Notes under the pieces: generated by a model
The model's input: only the letters and a program-made list of their open reading frames with translations
What the model was told of the DNA's origin: nothing
Database searches by the model: none
Program-made: the position numbers and the translations under genes
Origin: Octopus sinensis
Lineage: Eukaryota
Reading direction: 5' to 3'
Length of the DNA stretch: 21,350 nucleotides
NCBI RefSeq assembly: GCF_006345805.1
Contig: NW_021836898.1
Coordinates: forward strand, 1 to 21,350
Part shown: positions 1-9,900 of the stretch, piece after piece
Layout: every line of letters begins with the position of its first letter
Numbering within the stretch: the stretch's first letter is position 1

Positions 1-518
1 AAACGATTAAGTCTATTATATCGACCCCAGTGCGTAACTGATACTTAATTTATGACCCCGAAAGGATGAAAGGCAAAGTCGACCCCGCGGAATTGAACTC
101 AGAACGTACGACAGACGAAATACCTATTTCTTTACTACCCACAAGGGGCTAAACACAGAGAAGACAAACAAGGACAGACAAACGGATTAAGTCGATTACA
201 TCGACCCCAGTGCGTATCTGGTACTTAATTTATCGACCCCGAACGGATGAAAGGCAAAGTCGACCCCGGCGGAAATTGAACTCAGAACGTAACGACAGAC
301 GAAATACCTATTTCTTTACTACCCACAATGGGTTAAATACAGAGGGAACAAACAAGGACAGGCAAAGGTATTAAGTCGATTACATCAACCCCAGTGCGTA
401 ACTGGTACCTAATTTATCGACCCCGAAAGGATGAAAGGCAAAGTCGACAACGGCGGAATTTGATAATAATTAGAACGTAGCGACAGACGAAATACTGCTA
501 AGCATTTCGCCCGGCGTG
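1..518 (-). mobile_element. tRNA-derived SINE, family A, with tandem ~184-bp internal units (continues beyond window start; 5' head truncated)
   Basis: Reverse complement of the elements at 6683-7310 and 12832-13168. The marker GAAATAC recurs at 117, 301 and 489 (spacing 184 and 188). The head stops at CCCGGCGTG (518) and lacks the AAGGCGGCGAGCTGGC start. Confidence 0.85.
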
Positions 519-622
519 GCTTGGGGCTGTTGTAGGAGACACTTGCCCAAGGTGCCACGCAGTGGGACTGAACCAGGAACCATGTGGCCGGTAAGCAATC
601 TACTTACCACACAACCAACGCC
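519..622 (-). mobile_element. SINE family B, 5' tRNA-like head only
   Basis: Matches the heads of the copies at 12369-12789 and 14194-14591 (GACACTTGCCCAAGGTGCCACGCAGTGGGACTGAACC...CTACTTACCACAC). On the minus strand it has a B-box-like GGTTCAGTCC and a CCTTGGGCAAG motif reminiscent of CORE/V-domain SINEs (recalled). Confidence 0.85.
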
Positions 623-747
623 TACAATTTTACTCGTTGCTCCTTTTTCGTCCGCATTTATTGCTAATGCAGATAGAAAAGCGAATCTCAGAAACTTATT
701 TACACTCATATTCATGCCATGCTTCCTATCACCCTCCCACCATCCCT

Positions 748-846
748 CTCTCTCTCTCTCCCTCTCTTTCTACCAATCTCTCTCTTTCTCTACTCACTCT
801 CTCACTCATAAATTGACCTGTTAATCAATTAATCAATTAATCAATT
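748..846. repeat. Imperfect (CT)n tract followed by (TTAATCAA)x3
   Basis: Direct reading; the 8-mer repeats at 821, 829 and 837. Confidence 0.9.
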
Positions 847-1024
847 CATTTCTTTGATCCATTCGATACAACACAAACATGGCCGTGTCATTTTTATCAT
901 GGAAATTTCAACTGACAACCGTCAATGGTGGCTTTCGGCGGCGTCCATTACGACTGATGTTAAGACCAGCGTCAAGACCGAATTCGTAAATAAATAGCGA
1001 AAAAAGAGATTTTTGCAGATATTA

Positions 1025-1201
1025 CACACACGCACATACACACACACACACACGCACATACTCACACACTCACTCACACACACACATACACACACATACA
1101 CAAACATATACATACACACACAGATATATATGAGTAAATATAGATGAGTATATGTATGTATGTATGCATGTATCTATCTATCTATCTGTCTGTCTGTCTA
1201 T

Positions 1202-1271
<70 letters not shown>

Positions 1272-1310
1272 GTCTGTCTGTCTGTCTATTTATCATCTAT
1301 CTATCTATTC

Positions 1311-1341
<31 letters not shown>

Positions 1342-1364
1342 CTATCTATCTATCTATCTATCTG

Positions 1365-1423
<59 letters not shown>

Positions 1424-1648
1424 GTCTATCTGTCTGTCTGTCAGTCTGTCTGTCTGTCTGTCTGTCTTTTTGCTGTTTTCCTCTCCATCTCCGTATCGTC
1501 CATCTGTCCTTATCTTTATTGTCTTCTGTTACGTCCTTGTTTCATTTTTGGTTTTATATAATCATATAGCGGCGTACATACACTTTTGCTCACTTTGTAA
1601 ATGTATACACACACACAGACACACACACATATATATGTGTGTGTATAA

Positions 1649-1683
<35 letters not shown>
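1025..1683. repeat. Microsatellite cluster: (CA)n ~1025-1121, (TATC/TGTC)n ~1150-1467, (CA)n/(TA)n ~1604-1683
   Basis: Direct reading; it explains the low-complexity ORFs 922-1119 and 1144-1685. Confidence 0.95.
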
Positions 1684-1691
<8 letters not shown>

Positions 1692-1837
1692 GAGTGTATT
1701 TTTACCTTGTTAACAATTAAAACGGAAAAAATAAATAAATAGTTACCAGGGCAGCAATTTTCGAAACATGTGTCGAAAGTAAAAATATTTGATTACACCT
1801 GCGTTAACTCCATTTTTTATTCATATATATATATATA

Positions 1838-2016
1838 GGTACAGGAGTGACTGTGTGGTAAGTAGCTTGCTTACCAACCACATAGCTCCGGGTTCAGTCC
1901 TACTGTCTGGAATCTTGGGCATGTATCTTCTACTATAGCCTTGGGTCGACCAAATCTTGTGAGTCGATTTGGCAGACGGAAACAGAGAAGCCCGTCGTAT
2001 ATATATATATACATAT

Positions 2017-2047
<31 letters not shown>

Positions 2048-2275
2048 CACGACGGTCTTCTTTCACACATACATACATGCACACACACACTCACACACAT
2101 ACACACACACATACACACACTCACATATATATATATGTTTGTGTGTGTGAGTGTTTCGGTGTCTTTGTAAATCCACCATCGCTTGACAACCGATGCTGGT
2201 GTGTTTACGTCCTCGTAACGTAGCAGTTCGTTGAATGTGACCGATAGAATAAATACCAGGCTTACAAAGAAAAGA
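1838..2275 (+). mobile_element. SINE family B, diverged, 3' tail missing, with expanded internal TA/CA/TG microsatellite
   Basis: Head GGAGTGACTGTGTGGTAAGTAGCTTGCTTACCAACCACAT...GGGTTCAGTCC and 3' part GCTTGACAACCGATGCTGGTGTGTTTACGTCC...GACCGATAGAATAA, collinear with the reverse complement of 12369-12789. Confidence 0.9.
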
Positions 2276-2304
2276 ATAAAAAAAACAAGCACAAGGCCTC
2301 AAGA

Positions 2305-2478
2305 CGACTAATCGCTTACATGGACCCCAGTGCGAAACAGGTATTTATTTCGTCGGACCCGAAAGGTTGAAAGCAATGTCAACCTCAGCGGAATTTGAAC
2401 TCAGGACGTAAAAACTGACAAAATGCCGCAAAGCAGTTTGTTCCGACGCGGAAACGATTCTGCCTGTTGGCCGCCATC
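2305..2478 (-). mobile_element. Old diverged SINE family A-related copy (single unit with head)
   Basis: The reverse complement reads GGCGGCCAACAGGCAGAATCGTT...CTGAGTTCAAATTCCGCTGAGGTTGAC...GCACTGGGGTCC, collinear with family A. Confidence 0.75.
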
Positions 2479-2655
2479 TTTAAATAAGTGATATTGATAA
2501 CATGACAGCAAGGCCGTGTGTGTCGAGGTAATATTTAGCTGCCATTTTTAGCACATTGAGTTACCATATCGAAACAAGTCTTTCATCTCCGTTGTTTTAT
2601 TTCATCATTTCATTATTCCCTCTCGCCATTGTTCTCTGCATCGGTGTCGATTCGC

Positions 2656-3613
2656 GTGTATATATGTGTGTATATATGCGTGTATATATGCGTGTATATT
2701 TGTGTGTATATGTGTATATATATTTGTGTGTATATGTGTTTATATGTGTGTATATATGTGTGTATATATGTGTATATATGTGTGTGTATATGTGTATATA
2801 TGTGTGTGTGTATATATGCTTCTATATGCGTGTATATGTGTCATGTGTGTATATCTGTGTGTATATGTGTAATAATATGTGTGTGTATATATGTTTGTAC
2901 ATGTGTGTGTATATATGTGTGTATATATGCTTGTATATGTGTATATATATATGTGTGTGTATATGTGTATATATGTGTGTGTATATTTGTGTATATATAT
3001 GTGCATATATGTATGTATATGTGTGTATATGTGTGTATATATATGTGTATATATGTGTGTATATATGCGTGTATATATGTGTGTATATGTGTGTGTATAT
3101 GTGTATATATATGTGTGCGTATATGTGTATATGTGTGTGCATATGTGTATATATGTGGTGTATGTGTATGTATATGTGTATATATATATGTGTATATGTG
3201 TGTATATATGTATGTATATGTGTGTATATGTGTATATATGTGTGTATGTGTATGTATATGTGTATATATATATGTGTATATGTGTGTATATATGTATGTA
3301 TATGTGTGTATATGTGTATATATGTGTGTATGTGTATGTATATGTGTATATATATATATGTGTATATGTGTGTATATATGTATGTATATGTGTGTATATG
3401 TGTATATATGTGTGTGTGTATATATATATGTGTGCGTATATGTGTATATGTGTGTATATGTGTATATATGTGTGTATGTGTATGTATATGTGTATATATA
3501 TATGTGTATATGTGTGTATATGTGTATATATGTGTGTGTGTATATATATATGTGTGTATATATGTGTGTGTGTATATATGTGTATATGTGTGTGTGTGTG
3601 TGTATGTGTGTGT
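2656..3613. repeat. ~950-bp compound (TA)/(TG) microsatellite
   Basis: Direct reading; it explains all six ORFs of YVCM/HTIY composition. Confidence 0.97.
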
Positions 3614-3829
3614 AGGCGTATATATAGAAGCAAGTGTTAAGGTGCGGTGTTTGAGGTGAACCGTCTGATTTGTGTCGTTTGTACGCGGCAAAATCGATAT
3701 TGTAATTAATAATCATCGATCGAAGATATTTATTGAAAAGAAATATTGTTTACTTCATCGATTTTTGTTTGGGTTTTGTGTTATTTTTTTTTGTTTTCGT
3801 TGTTTTCCTTTTTTTTTCTTTACAAGTGA

Positions 3830-3839
3830 TACTACTACA

Positions 3840-3871
<32 letters not shown>

Positions 3872-3951
3872 ACTACTATTATTACTACTACTACTACTAA
3901 TACTACTACTACTCCTACAGCTAGTGCAACGACTACTATTACTGCTACCAT

Positions 3952-3986
<35 letters not shown>

Positions 3987-4106
3987 ATACTAATACTGCT
4001 ACTACCCCTGCTGCTGCTGCTGTTACTACTAATACTAATACTACTACTACCGCTACTCCTACAACTCGTGCTACTACTACTACTGCTACTACTACTAATA
4101 CGTCTT

Positions 4107-4141
<35 letters not shown>

Positions 4142-4223
4142 GCTGCTGCTGTTGCTGCTGCAACTATTACTACAACTACCGTTACTCCTACTACTTGTAC
4201 TACTACTACTGCTACCATCACTA
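3830..4223. repeat. Compound (CTA)n/(CTG)n/(ATA) trinucleotide tract
   Basis: Direct reading. Confidence 0.95.
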
Positions 4224-4572
4224 CCAGCAGATGACAACGTGTCTCTAAAAGAAATGGAGAAACTTTCAAAATACAAAGACCTGGAAATAGAGGTAACTAG
4301 AATGTGGAATCTAAAAACAGAAACAATTCCTATCATAGTAGGTGCATTAGGCATGATAAAAAAATATTCAGACAAATACATAACAAAAACACCAGGACTT
4401 ACAAACACATATAACATACAGAAAATTGCACTAATGGGCACTGCACACATCCTATGCAGAACACTTTCAATACAGTAACCATCAGAGCATCACAAAAAAT
4501 CACAGCACATAACCAAGGCACACAGAGCTGCGCTCGGTAGTGAAGTGAAAGCACGCTATAAAAATAAAACTA

Positions 4573-4575
<3 letters not shown>
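4224..4575 (+). mobile_element. 5'-truncated R4/Dong-type non-LTR retrotransposon, copy 1: C-terminal restriction-like endonuclease (RLE) end plus 3' UTR
   Basis: Frame 4224-4478 reads PADDNVSLKEMEKLSKYKDLEIEVTRMWNLKTETIPIIVGALGMIKK...IQKIALMGTAHILCRTLSIQ*. This has the D-N-x3-KE-EK-x2-KY-x2-L, W, P-x3-GALG and A-x2-GT-x2-IL motifs of RLE-type non-LTR elements. A ~97-nt UTR follows, then (AAT)n. Confidence 0.85.
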
Positions 4576-4643
<68 letters not shown>

Positions 4644-4674
4644 TGATGATGATGATGATGATGATGAGATGATG
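4576..4674. repeat. (AAT)n grading into (GAT)n
   Basis: Direct reading. Confidence 0.97.
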
Positions 4675-5103
4675 ATATCTGTCAAGACCTACCAGAAACT
4701 GAGCAAATATAAAAGAATTTGAAATAGAAATCAGCAAAATGTGGAACCTGAAGACTAAAATAATACCTGTTGTAATAGGTGCCCTGGGAATGATAGCAAA
4801 AGGGGTTGATTGCTACCTAACTCAGATACCAGGAAACCCCAAAATGGCAGAAATTCAAAAGATAGTGCTCATGGGAACTGCTCATATCCTACGCAAAATA
4901 CTTTCTATGTAATCTCAAGTTTTAAAACAAACATAATTTTCGTATGGTTTTTTAGACATTCACTAGTACAACACTAAGTACAAAACCAAATATGTGGCAC
5001 ACTAGGCATAACACCAACACGAAATTCCAACTTGTTGTCTCCTGAGGTCTCTGGGTGAGACTTGGAGCCAGCTTGTACAAATGCAAAGCAAAAGTCAAAC
5101 ATA

Positions 5104-5104
<1 letters not shown>
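4675..5104 (+). mobile_element. 5'-truncated R4/Dong-type non-LTR retrotransposon, copy 2 (different subfamily), RLE end plus 3' UTR
   Basis: ISVKTYQKLSKYK, a +1 frameshift near 4714, then EFEIEISKMWNLKTKIIPVVIGALGMIAKGVDCYLTQIPGNPKMAEIQKIVLMGTAHILRKILSM* (stop 4910-4912). It is homologous to copy 1, has a dissimilar ~190-nt UTR, and ends at (AAT)n. Confidence 0.85.
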
Positions 5105-5175
<71 letters not shown>

Positions 5176-5188
5176 GTAATAATGATGC

Positions 5189-5257
<69 letters not shown>
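5105..5257. repeat. (AAT)n tract with short interruptions
   Basis: Direct reading. Confidence 0.97.
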
Positions 5258-5258
<1 letters not shown>

Positions 5259-5955
5259 GGATATTTTACACAGGGAAATGAAAGTGTAGGTCAGCGAAGC
5301 GTATCAGAAAAGGGTGTAGATGGTGTTGAAATTCGACCTGAATGCTAAAAATTTGATTACAACAATGAATATCTGAGCAGTTGTGGTGGTCATATATAGT
5401 GCGTCCATCTTCAAATGAACTAAGGAGGAAATATCAACACTGGAAAGAAGGATGAGAAAGCTGATGACGCTGGATGGGGCGCTAAACCCCAAAGCAAACG
5501 TAAAGAGAGTGTATATGAAAAGGAAGAATGGTGGCAGAGGACTAATTAGTATAGACCATTGTATAAGGAGTGAAAGGACAACGCTTGCCGAGTATTTGAT
5601 AAATAGTGATGAAGACTTGCTGTAAAGTGCCGCGAAAGATATGGGTGTAAATGCAGATGAAGTGATGGGCAAGGAAGAGTTTAACCAAAGAGCTGAGGAG
5701 AAGAGAAAAGAAGACCTTCTTGAAATGGGAAAGCATGGACAGTTTGAAAGGAATACACAAGACGTTGATGATAATACAGCATCGTGGGCATGGCTTGAGC
5801 GAGGTGATTCGAAGCGTACCACCGAAAGCCTGATCATTGCTGCACAAGACCAGGCTCTCGCTACCAATTCAGTGAAGTATAATATCTATGAAACTTCTGA
5901 CACCTAGAAATGCAAACTCTGTGGAAAGGGAGTGGAAAATGTGCTCCAGTTGGTA
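5258..5955 (+). pseudogene. Degraded R4/Dong-type ORF fragment: region downstream of the RT core through the start of the CCHC zinc knuckle
   Basis: One frame reads DILHREMKV*VSEAYQKRV*MVLKFDLNAKNLITTMNI*AVVVVIYSASIFK*TKEEISTLERRMRKLMTLDGALNPKANVKRVYMKRKNGGRGLISI...KHGQFER...SWAWLERGDSKRTTESLIIAAQDQALATN...T*KCKLCGKGVENV. GGRGL, HGQF, TE-x2-I-x-AAQDQAL and CxxC are characteristic R4/Dong motifs. There are six in-frame stops. Confidence 0.9.
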
Positions 5956-5969
5956 TTGTTGTTGTTGTT

Positions 5970-6066
<97 letters not shown>
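5956..6066. repeat. (GTT)n then (ATT)n tract, opposite polarity to the upstream (AAT)n tracts
   Basis: Direct reading. Confidence 0.95.
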
Positions 6067-6067
<1 letters not shown>

Positions 6068-6620
6068 GAGTGAGAGAGCAGTTCATGCCATCAAAGTGAC
6101 ACTGGGGTAAAATATACGAAGCCCAATATACCCATCATGACTACCCGTCTGATAAAGGTACACCAGGCACATGCATCACAACCATATGTGCGCGACATGG
6201 TGATCTCATATCAAGATAAACAGCACATGACCTTGCAGGTGGGGCCCAGTTAGAATTTTCTTCAGGTTGAGTAGCCCATCCCGCTCAAACGGTCCCTGAA
6301 TAAGGGTTGTTTAAGGATGTTGAAAGAACCACCCATGTTTCCAGAGGTGACCTATTCAAACCCCAAAGAATCCCTCTCAACACATGGCTATGATGCTCCC
6401 CCACTACTCTGCTCGTGATCAGAGATGCACATATCGTCAGCCACTAAGGGACATGCTCAACTGGTTAAGGTCAAACAACTGACAAGCAAATCTGTGGTAT
6501 TGAGCAGAATATTTGCTGTAGCCCATCTTTTATACCAAGACAAAACAATGTACATGATAACACTTCCAATCAGTTAAGATCAGAAGCCATGAGAGCCACT
6601 GCCTGGTACTGCATCAGGGC

Positions 6621-6621
<1 letters not shown>
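6067..6621. mobile_element. Unclassified ~555-bp non-coding interspersed element bounded on both sides by (ATT)n
   Basis: A complex-sequence block with sharp edges against pure ATT tracts and no internal ORF in the track. The termini read TG...CA if one flanking base is counted on each side. Repetitive status is recalled and inferred, not demonstrable within the window. Confidence 0.55.

Positions 6622-6681
<60 letters not shown>
6622..6681. repeat. (TTA)n tract
   Basis: Direct reading. Confidence 0.97.
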
Positions 6682-6682
<1 letters not shown>

Positions 6683-6683
<1 letters not shown>

Positions 6684-7310
6684 AGGCGGCGAGCTGGCAG
6701 AAACATTAGCACGCCGGGCGAAATGCTCAGCGGTATTTCGTCTGCCGTTACGTTGTGAGTTCGAATTCCGCCGAGGTCGACTTTGCCTTTCATCCATTCG
6801 GGGTCGATGAATTAAGTACCAGTCACGCATTAGAGTCGATGTAATCGACTTAATACCTATGTCTGTCCTTGTTTGTCCTCTCTATGTTTAGCCCCTTGTG
6901 GGTAGTAAAGAAATAGGTATTTCTTCTGCCGCTACGTTCTGAGTTCAAATTTCGCCGAGGTCGACTTTGCCCTTCATCCTTTCGGGGTCGATAAATTGAG
7001 TACCAGTTACGTACTGGGGTCGATATAATCGACTTAATACCTATGTCTGTCCTTGTTTGTCCCCTCTGTGTTTAGCCCCTTGTGGGTAATAAAGAAATAG
7101 GTATTTCGTCTGCCGTTACGTTCTGAGTTCAAATTCCGCCGAGGTCGACTTTGCCTTTCATCATTTCGGGGTCGATAAATTAAGTACCAGTTACGCATTG
7201 GAGTCGATGTATTCGAGTTAATACTTATGTCTGTCCTTGTTTGTCCCCTCTATGTTTAGCCCCTTCTGGGTAGTAAAGAAATAGGTATTTCGCCTATCGC
7301 TACGTTCTGA
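6683..7310 (+). mobile_element. SINE family A: tRNA-like head plus three 184-bp tandem units and a partial fourth
   Basis: A-box-like TGGCAGAAAC in the head and B-box-like GAGTTCRAATTC in the units. GGTATTT recurs at 6732, 6916, 7100 and 7284 (exact 184 spacing). The motif CTTTCATCCTTTCGGGGTCGATAAATT resembles conserved central SINE domains (Deu/Nin/Meta-like; recalled, unverified). Confidence 0.9.
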
Positions 7311-7319
7311 CATCGGTAG

Positions 7320-7588
7320 AATTCGAACTGAGAACCTAAATCATTTTTTTCTGGCATGTTTACAATTCTGCCGAGCTCGCAACGTTAAAAGTCTTTCTGT
7401 TATAGGCAGAAGGTCCCCAATTTCGAGGCCGGGGGTTAGTCGATTAAATAGACCCCAATACTTGACTGGAACTTGATTTATCGACCACAAGAGGATGAAA
7501 AGCGAAGTCAATCCCGACGGAATTTGAACTCAGAACATAAAGACGGTGTAGTAAAGAATATTTCTGGCATGTTTTGCGATTGTGCCAC
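7320..7588 (-). mobile_element. Two old SINE A-related fragments in opposite orientation to the adjacent copy
   Basis: The reverse complement of 7320-7386 gives GCGAGCTCGGCAGAATTG...AGTTCGAATT. The reverse complement of 7436-7545 gives TTCTGAGTTCAAATTCCGTCGGGATTGAC...GGTCGATAAATC...ATCGACTAA. Confidence 0.7.
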
Positions 7589-9660
7589 CATCACACCACC
7601 ACCACCACCACCACCACCACCACCACCACCACCACCACAACCACAGACACTACCATGCTAAAATGACCATCACCACCAACACCGCCAATCTTCACCAACC
7701 AACACCAACAACTCGGCGAGAAGACTGCAAAGACGATGACGCGATCATCACCACCACCACCACCACTACCACTACCACCACCACCACCACTACCACCACT
7801 ACCACCACCACCACTACCACCACCACCACCGACACCACCACCACCAACACTAACATCCCCACCACAACCACAAATACCATCAACAACATCATCCTAACCA
7901 GCACCACGAATTCGAACGCCACATTCACCACGAGTACCACCGCCACCACCACCACCACCGCCACAACTACCACTACAACTACTACTGCTACCACAACCAC
8001 AACCGCTATCACTAATACCAGCACAACCAATTCCAACATCACCGCCCCACCTCCACCACCACCACCAGCTCCACGACGACGACGACGACCATCACTACTA
8101 CCACATCTACAACCACCATCACTAATACCACCTCCATCACCACCACCACCACCACCACCACCACATCACCAACATCGTCACAATAACCACCATCATCAAT
8201 ACCAGCACCATCAATTCCAACACCACCAGCTCCACCGCCACTTCCACCACGAGCACCACCACCACGACAACCACCGCCACAACTACCACTAGCACTACTG
8301 CAACAACCACCATCACTAATACATCACCGCCCCACCTCCACCACCACCACCACCAGCACCACGACCACGACCACCACAACCACAACCATCACTACTACCA
8401 CAACTACAACCACCATCACTAATACCAGCACCACCAGCACCACCACTACTACCACCAGCACCACCACCACCACCACCGCGACCATCACCACCACACCACC
8501 ACCACCACACCACCACCACCACCACCACACCACCACCACCACCACCACCATCACCACAACTACCACCACCACCACCACCACCACCACCAGCACCATCACC
8601 ATCACCACCACCACAACTACCACCACCACCACTCCCACCATCACCACAATCACCACCAACACCACCACCATCATCAACATCGTCATAATCCCCACCATCA
8701 ATTCCAACACCACGAGCACCACCACTACCAAAACCCCCATCATTAATACCATCACCACCACCACCACCACCACCATCACCACCACAACCACCACCATCAC
8801 CACCACCACCATCACCACAACTACAACCACCACCACCACCACCACCAACACCACCACCACACCACCACCACCACCATCACCAACATCGTCACAATAACCA
8901 CCATCATCAATACCAGCACCATCAATTCCAACACCACCAGCTCCACCGCCACTTCCACCACGAGCACCACCACCACGACAACCACCGCCACAACTACCAC
9001 TAGCACTACTGCAACAACCACCATCACTAATACATCACCGCCCCACCTCCACCACCACCACCACCAGCACCACGACCACGACCACAACCATCACTACTAC
9101 CACAACTACAACCACCATCACTAATACCAGCACCACCAGCACCACCACTACTACCACCAGCACCACCACCACCACCACCGCGACCATCACCACCACGACC
9201 ACCACCAACACCACGACCACGACCACCACAACCACAACCATCACTACTACCACAACTACAACCACCAGCACCACCAGCACCAGCACCATCACCATCACCA
9301 CCACCACAACTACCACCACCACCACTCCCACCATCACCACAATCACCACCAACACCACCACCATCATCAACATCGTCATAATCCCCACCATCAATTCCAA
9401 CACCACGAGCACCACCACTACCAAAACCCCCATCATTAATACCATCACCACCACCACCACCACCACCATCACCACCACAACCACCACCATCACCACCACC
9501 ACCATCACCACAACTACAACCACCACCACCACCACCACCACCACCACCACCACCACAACCACCACCATCACCACCACCACCATCACCACAACTACAACCA
9601 CCACCACCACCACCACCACCACCACCACCACCACCACCATACCACCACCGCCAATACCGC
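7585..9660. repeat. Complex (ACC)-rich repeat domain with an internal ~700-bp tandem duplication
   Basis: AACATCGTCACAATAACC occurs at 8171 and 8882; CAACATCGTCATAATCCC occurs at 8675 and 9368. Confidence 0.9.
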
Positions 9661-9900
9661 CATTGTTTATAGAGCGTGCAAAACCAATCCCTCCGACTAT
9701 AATTTATTGCCGTGCGGTAAATGAAGACGCCATTGTGTTGTACGCAACTGTATTAATGGCTACCGACGAGAACGACAAGAAGAAGAACAACTACAACAAT
9801 GGATGAATGACAACATTGGCAGTAATTAATAGTGCTTTGGTGGGAGAAATCGAGGTGCTAGAAATAGAAGCTAAATCTCCATCAAATCACACCTCTGTCG

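Noticed and set aside
1144-3716. Long ORFs (up to 367 aa) of SIYL, VCVYM or HTHIY composition
   Set aside because: They are translations of (TATC)n and (TA/TG)n microsatellites, open in most frames on both strands.
3672-4223. N-terminal poly-Thr/poly-Leu part of the 268-aa ORF as a membrane protein
   Set aside because: It is a (CTA)n tract that happens to be in frame with the retroelement RLE remnant.
5258-5955. Alternative genetic code (TGA=Trp, TAR=Gln) explaining the stops
   Set aside because: It would need two reassignments, and the neighbouring RLE fragments end at TAA at the expected C-terminus. Mutational decay is simpler.
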